Source of the DNA: an uncultured Acidobacteriota bacterium
Lineage (GTDB): Bacteria; Acidobacteriota; Thermoanaerobaculia; Multivoradales; UBA5704
Direction of reading: 5' to 3'
Length of the DNA stretch: 64,000 nt
NCBI GenBank assembly: GCA_963700145.1
Contig: OY969474.1
Coordinates: 5,391,768 to 5,455,767 of the forward strand
Of this stretch, positions 54,336-64,000 are shown piece after piece (the first letter of the stretch is position 1; each line of letters starts with the position of its first letter). The notes under the pieces were generated by a model, which searched no databases, was not told the DNA's origin, and saw nothing but the letters and a program-made list of their open reading frames with translations. Made by a program: the position numbers and the translations under genes.

Positions 54336-56195
54336 ACGGCGCAGGTGTTCTTCGCCAATCCGCGCGGCATCCAGTACGACGCGGTGGCCAACGACGCCGT
54401 CGGCGTGGACGACGCCGCGCCCGACTTCTACTGGGACTCGGCGGCGCGCCTCGGCGCGGCGGGGTGGCGGCTCGAGATGCGCATCCCGTTCTCGTCGCTG
54501 CGCTACGGCGCCGGCGATCCGCAGACCTGGGGCATCCTGCTCTACCGCAACTACCCCCGCGCCTACCGCTACCAGTACTCCTCGGCGCGCCGGCCGCGCG
54601 GCGAGTTCTGCCAGGTCTGCACGGCCAACCAGCTCACCGGTCTCGCGGGGCTGCCGGGGGCCGGCCACGTGGTGGCGGCGCCGTTCCTGGCCGCCAGCCA
54701 GGCGGCGCGGCCGGCCGGCGCGCTCGGCAGCGCGCTCGAGACGGACGATCCCGAGGCGGAGCCGGGCCTCGACGTCAAGTGGACCCCCAACCCGGACCTG
54801 GCGCTCGACGCGACGCTCAACCCCGACTTCTCGCAGGTCGAGTCTGACCAGGCGCAGATCGCGGCCAACGAGCGCTTCGCCCTCTTCTTCCCCGAGAAGC
54901 GCCCCTTCTTCATCGAGGGCATCGATCTCTTCGTGACGCCGCTGCGCGCCGTCCACACCCGCTCGATCACCGCGCCGCGCTGGGGCGCGCGCGCCACCGG
55001 GAAGCTCGGGCACACCGCCTACACGGCGCTGCTGGCCGAGGACCGCGGCGGCGGCCTCGCCATCCTGCCCGGGCCGCAGGAGTCGGGCTTCGCCTTGCAG
55101 GACTTCGAGTCGAGCGTCGGGATCGCCCGCCTGCGCCATGACCTGGGACAGTCGTTCGTGAGCTTCCTCGGCACCGCGCGCGAGGTCGAGGGCGGCGGGC
55201 ACAACCGCGTCCTCGGCCCCGACTTCCAGTGGCGGCCGACGGCGAGCGACACCGTCACCGGCCAGCTCCTGTGGAGCGAGAGCCGCACGCCGGAGCGCCC
55301 CGACCTCGCCGGCGAGTGGACCGGCCGGCCGCTCTCGTCGCATGCCGGGATGCTCTGGTGGTTCCACTCGACGAGCCGCGTCAACGCCTACGTCGAGTAC
55401 GTCGACGTCGGCCGCGACTTCCGCGCCGACAGCGGTTTCATGCCGCAGGTCGGCTACCGCGCCGGCTACACGGAGACGGGCTACACATTCCGCCCCACCG
55501 GCTTCCTCCGCCAGGTCCGGCCCTTCTTCGTCGGCGACTATCGACAGGACGCCGACGGCAACCTCCTCTTCTCGCAGGTCTCGCCCGGCATCCAGATGCA
55601 CGGCGGCTGGAGCTCCTACCTGCGCGTCCGCTATGCCTTCGACGAGGTGGCGAGCGGCGCCGAGACCTTCGAGCGCGAGCAGGTGCGCGTCCACTTCGAG
55701 GCCAGCCCCACGGGCATCGTCACCCACCTCTTCCTCCAGGGCTTCGCCGGCGGGGAGGTGGACTTCGCCAACTCGCGGCTCGGCGACGGCGGCACCCTGC
55801 TCCTGGCGGCGACCGTCCGTCCCACCGATCATCTCGAGCTGCGGCTCAACGCCGACCGGCGCTGGCTCGACGTGCGCGCCGAGAACGGCCGCCGCGGCCG
55901 GCTCTTCACCGCCCGCGTCGAGCGCCTGCGCGCCACCTACACCTTCACCGCCCGCTCCTTCCTGCGCCTGATCGGCCAGTGGGTCGAGACCGACCGCGAC
56001 CCCTCGCTCTACACCTTCCCGATCGCCCCCACCGAAGGCGGCTTCTCCGGCTCGGCGCTCTTCGCCTACAAGCTCAACTGGCAGACGGTGCTCTTCCTGG
56101 GCTACGGCGACGAACGGACCCTCGTCGCGGAGGACCGCCTGGAACCCAGCGGGCGTGAGCTGTTTTTGAAGGTCTCGTACGCCTTCCAGCGCTGA
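54336..56195 (+). pseudogene. 5'-truncated CBM9-like/DUF5916 outer-membrane protein
   Basis: Begins mid-domain (FFANPRGIQYD..WRLEMRIPFSSLRY); LNPDFSQVESD, LFFPEKRPFF, C-terminal FLKVSYAFQR; no signal peptide or credible start after the array. Confidence 0.72.
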
Positions 56196-56206
56196 GACTT
56201 CGCGCC

Positions 56207-57553
56207 TTACTCCACCTTCCTCGCCTCGGTGGCGAGGTGGCTCTGGCGCAGGAGGAGGTGCGTCACCGCTCCGCCTGCGCCCTTGACGAACGCGAGCTCG
56301 CTGTCCGGGTCGCGGGTGAAGAACGTGGACTCGGACGCGGCGAAGAGCTCCCGGCGCGGGCTGCGTCCGGTCTGCGCCCAGAGCTTGCCGTCCTCGCGGG
56401 AGACCTCGAGCTGGACGTTCGGCCACAGCTCGTAGCTGCCGACGTAGGCGTCGAAGACCTCGGGGGCGATCGGCACGGCGGTGTGCTCGACGAGCGCGAG
56501 CTCGGGGTCGTAGAGGGCGGCGACGCCGTTGGCGATGGCGGCCGGGTCGGCCTGCGCCAGGTTGGTGAGCACGATGACGGTCAGCTTCTTGTCGACGAAG
56601 CGCACGATGTCGGCGGCGAAGCCCTGCCAGCCGCCGCCGTGGCGCACGACGCGGTGGCCGCGGACCTCGCCCCCCATCCAGCCGAAGCCGTAGCCGTACG
56701 GCACGGGGCTGCCGTCGGCGAGCGTGGCCGGCGTCCAGGTTAGGTCGAGCGCGGCGCGGTCGAGGAGCTTCTCCGTGTAGAGCCCGGCGTCCCACCGCGC
56801 GAGGTCGAGCACGGTCAGGTAGAGCGCGCCGTCGGCGGTCGTGTTGAGCACCGGGGAGACCCACTCCTGGTTCTTGAGCTCGCCTTCGACGAGCCGGTAG
56901 CCGGCGGCGCGGTTCGGCACGATGGCGGCCTCGTCGATGATGCGCGCGGTCGCCATGCCGAGCGGCGCGAAGACCCGCTCGCGGAGGAGGTCGCCGTAGA
57001 ACTTGCCGGTCACCCTGCGCACGAGGACCCCGAGCATCACGTAGCCCGGGTTGCTGTAGCTCCACCGCGTGCCGGGCGCGAAATCGAGCGGCAGCGCCGC
57101 GATCTCCTTGACCAGCTCGTCCTCGGTGTAGTCCCGGCGCATGTCGAGCGTGTCGTAGAGGGCGTTCGAGAGGCCGGAGGTGTGCGTCAGCAGGTGGCGC
57201 ACGGTGATGTCGCGCCAGGTCTCCGGCGCCTCGGCGACGTGCTTGCCGATGCGGTCGTCGAGGCTCAGCTTGCCGTCCGCGACGAGCATCATCACCAGCG
57301 CGGCCGTGAACTGCTTGCCGACCGATCCGGACTGATAGATCGTCTCCGGACGCGCCGCAACGCCGAGCTCGACGTTCGCGAGCCCGTAGCCTTGGGCCTT
57401 GACGATCTCCCCGTCGCGCACGACGGCGAGCGAGAGGCCGGGGATCTTCTGGCGCTGCATCTCGGCCGCGACGAAGGCGTCGACCTCCGCGCCGGCCGCC
57501 GGCGCCGCCAGCGCGGCGAGGAGGAGGGGGACCAGGGCACGAGGGTTCGTCAT
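56207..57553 (-). CDS. Serine hydrolase (class C beta-lactamase-like) with C-terminal DUF3471-like domain
   Basis: [18 protein letters not shown] motifs; signal peptide. Confidence 0.9.
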   Translation of the reverse strand: MTNPRALVPLLLAALAAPAAGAEVDAFVAAEMQRQKIPGLSLAVVRDGEIVKAQGYGLANVELGVAARPETIYQSGSVGKQFTAALVMMLVADGKLSLDDRIGKHVAEAPETWRDITVRHLLTHTSGLSNALYDTLDMRRDYTEDELVKEIAALPLDFAPGTRWSYSNPGYVMLGVLVRRVTGKFYGDLLRERVFAPLGMATARIIDEAAIVPNRAAGYRLVEGELKNQEWVSPVLNTTADGALYLTVLDLARWDAGLYTEKLLDRAALDLTWTPATLADGSPVPYGYGFGWMGGEVRGHRVVRHGGGWQGFAADIVRFVDKKLTVIVLTNLAQADPAAIANGVAALYDPELALVEHTAVPIAPEVFDAYVGSYELWPNVQLEVSREDGKLWAQTGRSPRRELFAASESTFFTRDPDSELAFVKGAGGAVTHLLLRQSHLATEARKVE

Positions 57554-57624
57554 CGCGGCGGATTGTATCGGCGCCACGGCTCTTCGAGCTGTAAGCTTCT
57601 ATCTCATTCTCTAAGGAGAGGCTC

Positions 57625-58872
57625 ATGCGCGACCGTCGCTTCCCGCCGTTGTCGTCGTCGTCCGTTTCCGCCGCCTTCGCCGTCGCCGCGCTGCTGCTCG
57701 GCGCCACCCCGGCTGCCGCCTCCGGGCCTTACTCGGTCACGGCGACGACCACGAGCCAGGTCGGCCCTCTCGTCCGGACCGAGTTTCTCGTACAGGCCGG
57801 CGCTCATCCCCTGGACCGCTTCAAGATGGTCCGGCTGGCGAAGGACGTGCCGCCGCACGTGCTCGCCGGCTCGATCCTCTTCCTGCCGCCGCTCGGCCTC
57901 ACCTTCAGCTTCTACGAGCAGCGCGACGAGTCCGGCGGGATGGGCAGCTCGATCGCCGAGTTCTTCGCCCTGCGCAACTTCGACGTCTACGGCTACTCGC
58001 CCCGCTTCGCGGACCTGCCGGCCGGCACCTGCGAGGCAGGGCTCCTCGACTGCTCGGTGATGGCGGACTGGAACATCCAGTCGATGGTGGACGACATCGT
58101 CTTCGTCCGCGCGCAGATCGAGCAGCTCCACCCGGGGACGAGGATCGTCGCCGGCGGCGCGTCGCTCGGCGGCATGCTCGCCCTCGCCGTCGCCAACGCC
58201 CAGCCCGCCGACTACGACGGCATCCTGCCCTGGGAGGGGATGCTGGCGAGCCCCGACCCGGTGGTCCAGGGGCTCAACCAGGTCTACTGCGCCGCGCTCG
58301 AGGCGCAGATCGCCGGCGGCGGCGTGGTGGACGGCGTCGGGACCAACGTCTTCAAGGCGGTGACCAAGCAGGCGGAGCTGGCGCCTTCGGGATCGAACGC
58401 CATTCCGCTCTTCCCGCCCACCTTGACCGCCCATCAGGTGATGGTGCTGCTGCTCGCCGTCACCGCGCCCGGGCCGGTCAGCATGCCGGTGCCCAACTAC
58501 GTGCAGATGAACGGGAGCCTCGCCGAGGACCGCCTGTTCTTCGCCGACGAGGCGCGGGTGTTCGAGAACGTCGGGCGCTTCAACAGCTACGTGCCGGTGC
58601 CGGTGGTGCGCGACGTCTCGTGCTCGCTGGCCGGGGTGGAGACCGCCTACGTGTCCAACCTCGGCAGCTACGCCGGCTCGGTCCTCGCCATCGGCGGCGG
58701 CCGCGGCTTCGGCCCGTTCATGGGCGGTCAGCTCGCGATGCTGGGCTCGACCGACGTCACCTTCCTCCTCGAGCCGGAGTTCGGCCACATCGACCACTTC
58801 ATGACCGACCGGCACCGGGAGTTCGTCGAGCACCCGATCCTCGCCTGGGCGCGGCGGGTGCTGGCGGAATGA
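57625..58872 (+). CDS. Secreted alpha/beta hydrolase
   Basis: Signal peptide, FDVYGYSPR, GASLGG nucleophile elbow, FGHID. Confidence 0.75.
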   Translation: MRDRRFPPLSSSSVSAAFAVAALLLGATPAAASGPYSVTATTTSQVGPLVRTEFLVQAGAHPLDRFKMVRLAKDVPPHVLAGSILFLPPLGLTFSFYEQRDESGGMGSSIAEFFALRNFDVYGYSPRFADLPAGTCEAGLLDCSVMADWNIQSMVDDIVFVRAQIEQLHPGTRIVAGGASLGGMLALAVANAQPADYDGILPWEGMLASPDPVVQGLNQVYCAALEAQIAGGGVVDGVGTNVFKAVTKQAELAPSGSNAIPLFPPTLTAHQVMVLLLAVTAPGPVSMPVPNYVQMNGSLAEDRLFFADEARVFENVGRFNSYVPVPVVRDVSCSLAGVETAYVSNLGSYAGSVLAIGGGRGFGPFMGGQLAMLGSTDVTFLLEPEFGHIDHFMTDRHREFVEHPILAWARRVLAE

Positions 58873-58927
58873 CCTCGCCGGGGATGTCGGCGGCGGGTTG
58901 ATCTGGGCATACGATCGAGCCATACTC

Positions 58928-59149
58928 ATGCATATGAGAACGACCCTGATCCTCGACGACGAGCTGCTCGACAAGGCGAGCCGGCTGGCCGGGCTCGCGG
59001 GGAAGACCGCGACGGTCCACGCCGGGCTGGAGGCGCTGATCGCGCGCGAGAGCGCTCGGCGGCTGGCCGCGCTCGGCGGCACGGAGAAAGCCCTGCGCCC
59101 GATCCGCCGCCGGCGGCCTGCGCCGCGCCGGCCGGCGGCGAAGCGGTGA
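58928..59149 (+). CDS. vapB: VapB antitoxin
   Basis: MRTTLILDDELL..A..L.G...KT..V..GLEALIARESARRLAALGGT. Confidence 0.88.
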   Translation: MHMRTTLILDDELLDKASRLAGLAGKTATVHAGLEALIARESARRLAALGGTEKALRPIRRRRPAPRRPAAKR

Positions 59150-59502
59150 TCCTCGTCGACACCTCGGTGTGGGTCGATCACCTGCGCAACGGGAGCCCGC
59201 GCCTGGCGGCGCTGCTCGCCGGGGACCAAGTGCTCGGGCACCCCTTCGTGCTCGGCGAGCTGGCCCTCGGCCACCTCCGGCGCCGTCGCGAGGTCCTGGC
59301 GCTGCTTGCCGACCTGCCCGCGGCCGGTGTCGCCGACCACGACGAGGTGCTCGCCTTCGTCGAGCGCCACGCTTTGGCCGGCGGCGGGATCGGCTGGATC
59401 GACGCCCACCTGCTCGCCGCCGCGGCCCTCGGCGGCGATTCGCTGTGGACCCTCGACCGGCGGCTGGCAGCGCTGAGCGAGAAGCTGGGCGTCGCGGCCT
59501 GA
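59146..59502 (+). CDS. vapC: VapC PIN-domain toxin
   Basis: ILVDTSVWVDH, HPFVLGELALG, GIGWIDAHLLAA, LWTLDRRL. Confidence 0.9.
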   Translation: MILVDTSVWVDHLRNGSPRLAALLAGDQVLGHPFVLGELALGHLRRRREVLALLADLPAAGVADHDEVLAFVERHALAGGGIGWIDAHLLAAAALGGDSLWTLDRRLAALSEKLGVAA

Positions 59503-59539
59503 GCGTCAAGACGCCGCTGGTCTACTGCGAGCTGCTTCT

Positions 59540-60037
59540 CTAGCGCCCCTCCCAATACCTGGCGAGGACCCGCTCGGCGATCGGATCGCAGACCTCGGGC
59601 CAGGCGGGCCCCTCCCAGCGGACCGCGCGCGCCTCCTCGGCGGCGCCGGCGGGGAGGTGGGGGAGAATGGACACGGCGCCGCCGCGCGGATCGCGGGCGC
59701 CGAAGACGACCCCGCCGATTCCGTGCAGGACGAGGGCGCCGAAGCACATCAGGCAGGGCTCGAGCGTGCAGTAGCACGTCATTTCGGCGAGGCGCGGGAC
59801 GAGCGGGTCGGGGATCGCCGCGAGGGCGAGCACCTCGGCGTGGCGCCCAGGGTGGGCGTCGGGCTGGAGGGTCCGGGCCGCGGCCGACGCCACGATCTCG
59901 TCGCCGAGCGTGATGACGGCGGCCACCGGCAGGTTGCCGCCGCGCTCGGCCGCGAGGGCGAGCTCGACGGCGTGCCGTAGGAAGCCGGCTGCGGTCGGGG
60001 CGAGGCTGGCGGACAATCCGCTCAGCGTGGGGGCCAT
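59540..60037 (-). CDS. Nucleoside/tRNA-adenosine deaminase-like protein
   Basis: HAE and TLEPCLMC zinc motifs, VVFGARDP. Confidence 0.85.
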   Translation of the reverse strand: MAPTLSGLSASLAPTAAGFLRHAVELALAAERGGNLPVAAVITLGDEIVASAAARTLQPDAHPGRHAEVLALAAIPDPLVPRLAEMTCYCTLEPCLMCFGALVLHGIGGVVFGARDPRGGAVSILPHLPAGAAEEARAVRWEGPAWPEVCDPIAERVLARYWEGR

Positions 60038-60110
60038 CGCGGCGGAGTGTAGACGACGCGCGACGGCAAGGCCCTCGCATCCGTACCAGGAGCGACAGGG
60101 AGGTGACGCG

Positions 60111-60890
60111 ATGAAGGTCTTCGGCTCGTTCCTGGTCGCCCTGACGCTCGCGCTGCCGGCGGCGGCCGGCGAGGTGTACATCCCGATCCTGTCGGCGGAC
60201 GCGCCGGGCACGGACGGCGGGCGATCCACCTTGCCTACGGTCACTCTTTACAACCTGGGCGGCGTCCACCGCCGTTACGTCGTCCGCTTCACGCCCGCCG
60301 GCGAGGACGGCACGCAGGTGCGCGAGCTCGTCGCGACGGAGCTGCTCGAGCCGCAGGGCTCGCGCCAGGAGGGCTGCTGCGGCCGGCAGTCGGGCCTCCT
60401 CGTGGTGAGCGGCGCGCCGCAGATCGCCGTCGGCGCCCGGCTCGGCCTGCTCTTCAACCAGCCGGGGCCGAACGGGCTGCTCACCCGGCTGCCGGTGCTC
60501 ACCGCGCGCGACGCCCTGCGGCCCGGCACGACCGCCGTTCTGCACGGGCTCCAGGGCACGGCCAACGCCAGCACCCTCAGCAGCTTCGGCATCCTCAACC
60601 TGGGCACCGCGACGGCCAAGTGCGTCGTCGCGATCGGCATCTTCGAGCAGTTCTTCCCCGAGCTCGGCCAAGTGCTGGTGCCACCGCTCTCGGTGGTCGC
60701 CTTCCCCGACGTCTTCCTGAGGCTCCGCGGCTCCAGCGGCCCGGCGGGCTTCGAGACGCGGACGCGGGTGCGCTGCGATCAGCCGTTCTACCCCTTCGGC
60801 GTCAACTTCTCCGGCGTCCCCGCGCCTCAGAGCGGCCTCCCTTGGGTGGAATTCGTGCCGCCGTCGGTGCAGCTCGGCAACGCGCCCTGA
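60111..60890 (+). CDS. Secreted hypothetical protein
   Basis: RBS GGAGGT, signal peptide, VYIPIL, FGILNLG...C, CDQPFYPF. Confidence 0.7.
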   Translation: MKVFGSFLVALTLALPAAAGEVYIPILSADAPGTDGGRSTLPTVTLYNLGGVHRRYVVRFTPAGEDGTQVRELVATELLEPQGSRQEGCCGRQSGLLVVSGAPQIAVGARLGLLFNQPGPNGLLTRLPVLTARDALRPGTTAVLHGLQGTANASTLSSFGILNLGTATAKCVVAIGIFEQFFPELGQVLVPPLSVVAFPDVFLRLRGSSGPAGFETRTRVRCDQPFYPFGVNFSGVPAPQSGLPWVEFVPPSVQLGNAP

Positions 60891-60950
60891 TGGCGCAGGT
60901 ATCTCGCCGCGGTTGAAGCCGTGACGCGGCCGGGGGTATGGTGCCCGGTC

Positions 60951-61619
60951 ATGCAGATCGAGAAGAGCTTTACCGTCCGGGCGCCCGCGGCGGCGGTCTG
61001 GGAGTTCCTGACCGACCCCGCGCGGGTGGCGGGCTGCCTGCCGGGCGCGGCGATCACGGGGCAGGTCGACGAGAAGAGCTACGGCGGCACGATGACCGTC
61101 AAGGTCGGCCCGGTGACCGCCGGCTACCGCGGCTCGATGCGCTTCGAGCGGCTCGATGCCGCGGCGCGCGAAGCGGAGATCGTGGCCTCCGGCCAGGAGA
61201 CGCGCGGCAAGGGGGGCGCCGACATGCGCATGACCAGCCGCGTCGTCGAGCGGGCGCCGGACGAGACCGAGGTGACGGTCGTCTCCGTAGTGAACATCGT
61301 CGGCGTCCTCGCGCAGCTTGGCGGCCGCATGATCCAGGACGTCAGCGACCAGCTCTTCCAGAAGTTCACCGAGTGCATGCGGCGGCAGCTGGAGACGCCG
61401 GGCGAGGGCGACCCGGTCTCCGCCGCCACGGGCGCGGTCATCGCGCCGGCCGCTGCCCACGCAGCTTCGCCCCCGCCCGCAGTCGAGCCGGTACTCGATG
61501 TCGGTGCCCTGGGCGCGGCCGCGGCCGGCCGCGCCGCCGGCCGCACCCTCCGCCGCCCCGGCTTTTGGGCCGCCGTGGCGGTGATCGCCGCCCTCGCCTA
61601 CTGGTTCTTCCTCCGCTAA
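60951..61619 (+). CDS. CoxG/SRPBCC family protein with C-terminal membrane anchor
   Basis: VWEFLTDPARVAGCLPGA, VKVGPV...Y.G, LAQLGGRMIQDVS; terminal TM helix. Confidence 0.85.
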   Translation: MQIEKSFTVRAPAAAVWEFLTDPARVAGCLPGAAITGQVDEKSYGGTMTVKVGPVTAGYRGSMRFERLDAAAREAEIVASGQETRGKGGADMRMTSRVVERAPDETEVTVVSVVNIVGVLAQLGGRMIQDVSDQLFQKFTECMRRQLETPGEGDPVSAATGAVIAPAAAHAASPPPAVEPVLDVGALGAAAAGRAAGRTLRRPGFWAAVAVIAALAYWFFLR

Positions 61620-61826
61620 GGCGCTTTTGTAGACGCGGCCGGCGTTCATCACGAAGGCGACGTTGGTGAGGGCGGCGATGTCGTTGAGCGGGTCGCCAGC
61701 AACGGCGATCACGTCGGCGTACTTGCCGGGCTCGACGGTGCCGAGGTCTCGCTTCAGGCGCAGCAGTTCGGCGCCGCGCACGGCGGCTGCGCGGATGGCG
61801 TCGAGCGGGCTCATCCCGTACTCCAC
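61620..61826 (-). pseudogene. C-terminal fragment of an amidohydrolase
   Basis: GMSPLDAIRAA...AELL...LGTVEPGKYADVIAVAGDPL.DI..L..V.FVM..GRVYK with no upstream part. Confidence 0.75.
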
Positions 61827-61840
61827 TCTCGCTTGTATGG

Positions 61841-62491
61841 TTAAGGCGGCAGTGCGAATGTCTCGATCATGGTCTCACCTTCCAGTGAGATAGAGGTTAG
61901 CTGGTATGCCCGACCGTTGCGGAGGATGTAGACGGAGCAGCCAGGCGCGATCATTGTCGACTGGCAGACCTCCAGCCCATCGACGCTGGCATTCCGGAAA
62001 GGCTGACCGGCGGTTACCATGTCAGAAGAGGCGAGACCAACCGAGACCAGCCAGCTTGTCAGCGAAGCCGCCCCCTCGGCTCGATAGACCCGTACCTCTA
62101 GATCTGGCGGCTCGCTCCCGGCCAACTTGCCCGCAGCCATGGTCGGGTTCATGAAGAGAATCGAAGCGAGCAGCATTGGGGTGACCCGGGCCAACTTGGA
62201 CACGTCCCGTGACTGGACCACGAAGTCCTTCGGGTAGCCAATGCTGAAACCCTGGGTCGGATCGGCATAAGTCGACCATCCTGCCGATGAGACCGGCGAA
62301 CCGCGACTCGGTGTCTGTTCGCCGGTTTCGCCGGCCACGACCTCGCCCCCCCCGGGCTCCGACCGGCCGGTCTGCTGCCTGGTCGGACCGGCTGCCTTAC
62401 CAGCGCAGCTGGGTGTCGTCGCGAGGCTCGTCAACGATATCGCCGACACCACCAGCGCCGACAAGGTAGACAGTAGATGCCTGGGCATCAT
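61841..62491 (-). CDS. Exported hypothetical protein
   Basis: Signal-like N-terminus, low-complexity linker, WSTYADPTQGFSIGYP motif; AT-richer. Confidence 0.6.
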   Translation of the reverse strand: MMPRHLLSTLSALVVSAISLTSLATTPSCAGKAAGPTRQQTGRSEPGGGEVVAGETGEQTPSRGSPVSSAGWSTYADPTQGFSIGYPKDFVVQSRDVSKLARVTPMLLASILFMNPTMAAGKLAGSEPPDLEVRVYRAEGAASLTSWLVSVGLASSDMVTAGQPFRNASVDGLEVCQSTMIAPGCSVYILRNGRAYQLTSISLEGETMIETFALPP

Positions 62492-62508
62492 CCAGTGCGC
62501 CGCTATGG

Positions 62509-63651
62509 TCAGCAGCCCCGCGTATTGCACAGCACCACGATGTTGTTGCTGTTGAAGCGCGCGCCGTACGAGTTCTGCTGGCCGATAATGAAGCCCGAGA
62601 CTACACTGTTGACGTTGCCGGTAACTACGAACGGCTTGTAGCCGACAAGCCACGAGCCACCGCTGATGCCTCGGGCCCAGTTGCAGCCACCACCGAGTGT
62701 CTCGGTCGTCTGCCGGAACGTTTCGGCCGTGCAACTCCGCAAGTATTGGGCAGGCCCGTTGCTAATCGTCGCGTCGGTATAGATTCGGGCCGGGTAGCCG
62801 TTGATGAACACGAGTTGGTTGTTGCCGGCGTTCCACAACCGACCGGCAAATCCAACCGCAGCGTTCAGGGTCTGCCCTGCAGAGTTGTTGTTCATCGTGC
62901 AAACCGCCACGTCATGGCGCGACCATGTATTGATGTTGAAGCTACCCGATAAGTTGGTCCACGCCGTCAGCACCGTACAGGATCGCGCCGTGAATGTGCC
63001 ATAGGGCGCACTGCCATTCCGGAAGGCGGGAGTAAAGACCCAATTGCTATAAAAGACATTGTTAGTGGTGTCATACACGCAGTGAGCAGCGGTAACGATG
63101 TTATTCCCGCTAATCGCGGTAGCCGAACAGGACGCGCCGCCGCTGACCGTGGTGAAGGTCAACTTGCCAAACCATCGATGCGGATAGATTTGCCAAAGCG
63201 GGGTATTCGTATTGACGTCGTAGGACGTGTAAACGCCAGCAGTGCCCGCCATTTCGTCAGCGCCGGGTAAGTCTAGCGTGAGCTCCTCGTTCAGCGCGAC
63301 CTCCTCGTCCAACGCCGCCCAATCCTGCGCATAGACCGCACGGGCGATTCGGGATGCGTCAGGGTCGGCCATGCCGGCCTCTTCGCTTCCCGCCGGGCCG
63401 GTGACCTCCGCGTCGTCCGAGGCAGTGGCATCTATCTCCCCTAGCCCGCTGTCGACTGGCAGTCGCATCGCGGGCGCGGACGCAATCCGCTCACGCGTCC
63501 AGTAGGCCGAGGCGGCCGCCTGCTGTTTCTTCGACAGCGATTTGGTTACGGTAAGCGGATCGGCTTGGGCACTTGAGGCTTGCATCATAAATGCCGTTGT
63601 CACAAGTAACGTAATTTGGCAAAACCGCACCAAAGACGCGCAAATAGACAC
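62509..63651 (-). CDS. Secreted trypsin-like (V8-type) serine protease
   Basis: YWT.ER...A.. propeptide, CSAT, TAAHC, DVAV, GYP, GISGG. Confidence 0.88.
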   Translation of the reverse strand: MSICASLVRFCQITLLVTTAFMMQASSAQADPLTVTKSLSKKQQAAASAYWTRERIASAPAMRLPVDSGLGEIDATASDDAEVTGPAGSEEAGMADPDASRIARAVYAQDWAALDEEVALNEELTLDLPGADEMAGTAGVYTSYDVNTNTPLWQIYPHRWFGKLTFTTVSGGASCSATAISGNNIVTAAHCVYDTTNNVFYSNWVFTPAFRNGSAPYGTFTARSCTVLTAWTNLSGSFNINTWSRHDVAVCTMNNNSAGQTLNAAVGFAGRLWNAGNNQLVFINGYPARIYTDATISNGPAQYLRSCTAETFRQTTETLGGGCNWARGISGGSWLVGYKPFVVTGNVNSVVSGFIIGQQNSYGARFNSNNIVVLCNTRGC

Positions 63652-63790
63652 AGCATCTCCTTTCTTTCAGGATCGATACACCCTGAAGCAGGCAACGATG
63701 CCCTTGATCAGTGAGACTAAAAAGAGTCTAGCTGGCAACTTCGCATTCGTCAAATAGCCAAGTGCCCATAGTCCCGGCTCCTCACATCGG

Positions 63791-64000
63791 TCACACTGAC
63801 AACTCAGCGAAGCTTCGGCAGGTACGGTGCGGGCCGGGGTCGGCGGGCGGGTTGCCGGGTCGCACCAGGCAGCCGGTGCGCATGCCTGCGGTAGCCGCGG
63901 CGTCGAGCTCGCCACGGTGGTCGCTTAGGAAGAGGATGTCCGCGGGCGGCAGCGCGAAGGCGCCGGCGATCGCTGCGTAGGAGCCGGCTTCGAGCTTGGG
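63791..64000 (-). CDS. mtnC: 3' end of enolase-phosphatase E1 (acireductone synthase)
   Basis: My translation: PKLEAGSYAAIAGAFALPPADILFLSDHRGELDAAATAGMRTGCLVRPGN...SFAELSV*. Confidence 0.8.
   Translation of the reverse strand, partial: PKLEAGSYAAIAGAFALPPADILFLSDHRGELDAAATAGMRTGCLVRPGNPPADPGPHRTCRSFAELSV

Overview
Very GC-rich bacterial DNA. An ADOP-type duplicated permease and an ECF/Ser-Thr kinase pair suggest Acidobacteriota, possibly Thermoanaerobaculia-like (inference). The housekeeping backbone includes a TonB receptor/HK/RR/GGDEF-EAL operon, an S9 peptidase, msrA, a rhombosortase with its GlyGly-CTERM lipoprotein, frameshifted clpB and cbpA, hemL/hemB, pabB/pabC, HMG-CoA reductase and mtnC. 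Accessory patches interrupt it: a DUF262 + HEPN pair, a TIR-like/ClpN/KAP NTPase cut by an IS256, four toxin-antitoxin loci (two with truncated toxins, one MenAT1-like) and more AT-rich secreted-protein islets. The most unusual signal is three short-period arrays of conserved core plus variable spacer: a 21-bp TTCGGACC array at 6.86-7.57 kb, a 21-bp palindromic GAGATnnATCTC array with 9-bp spacers at 35.69-35.89 kb, and a 20-bp GAGAT array at 54.18-54.33 kb. Two of them sit where a TA toxin gene breaks off after an intact antitoxin. Also notable is a candidate storage-granule locus (ArsA/Get3-like ATPase pair, PhaR-like regulator, phasin, patatin, plus ABC1 kinase and acyltransferase) with REP-like palindromes. 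No rRNA, tRNA or canonical CRISPR was seen. All family calls come from motif recognition, not database searches.
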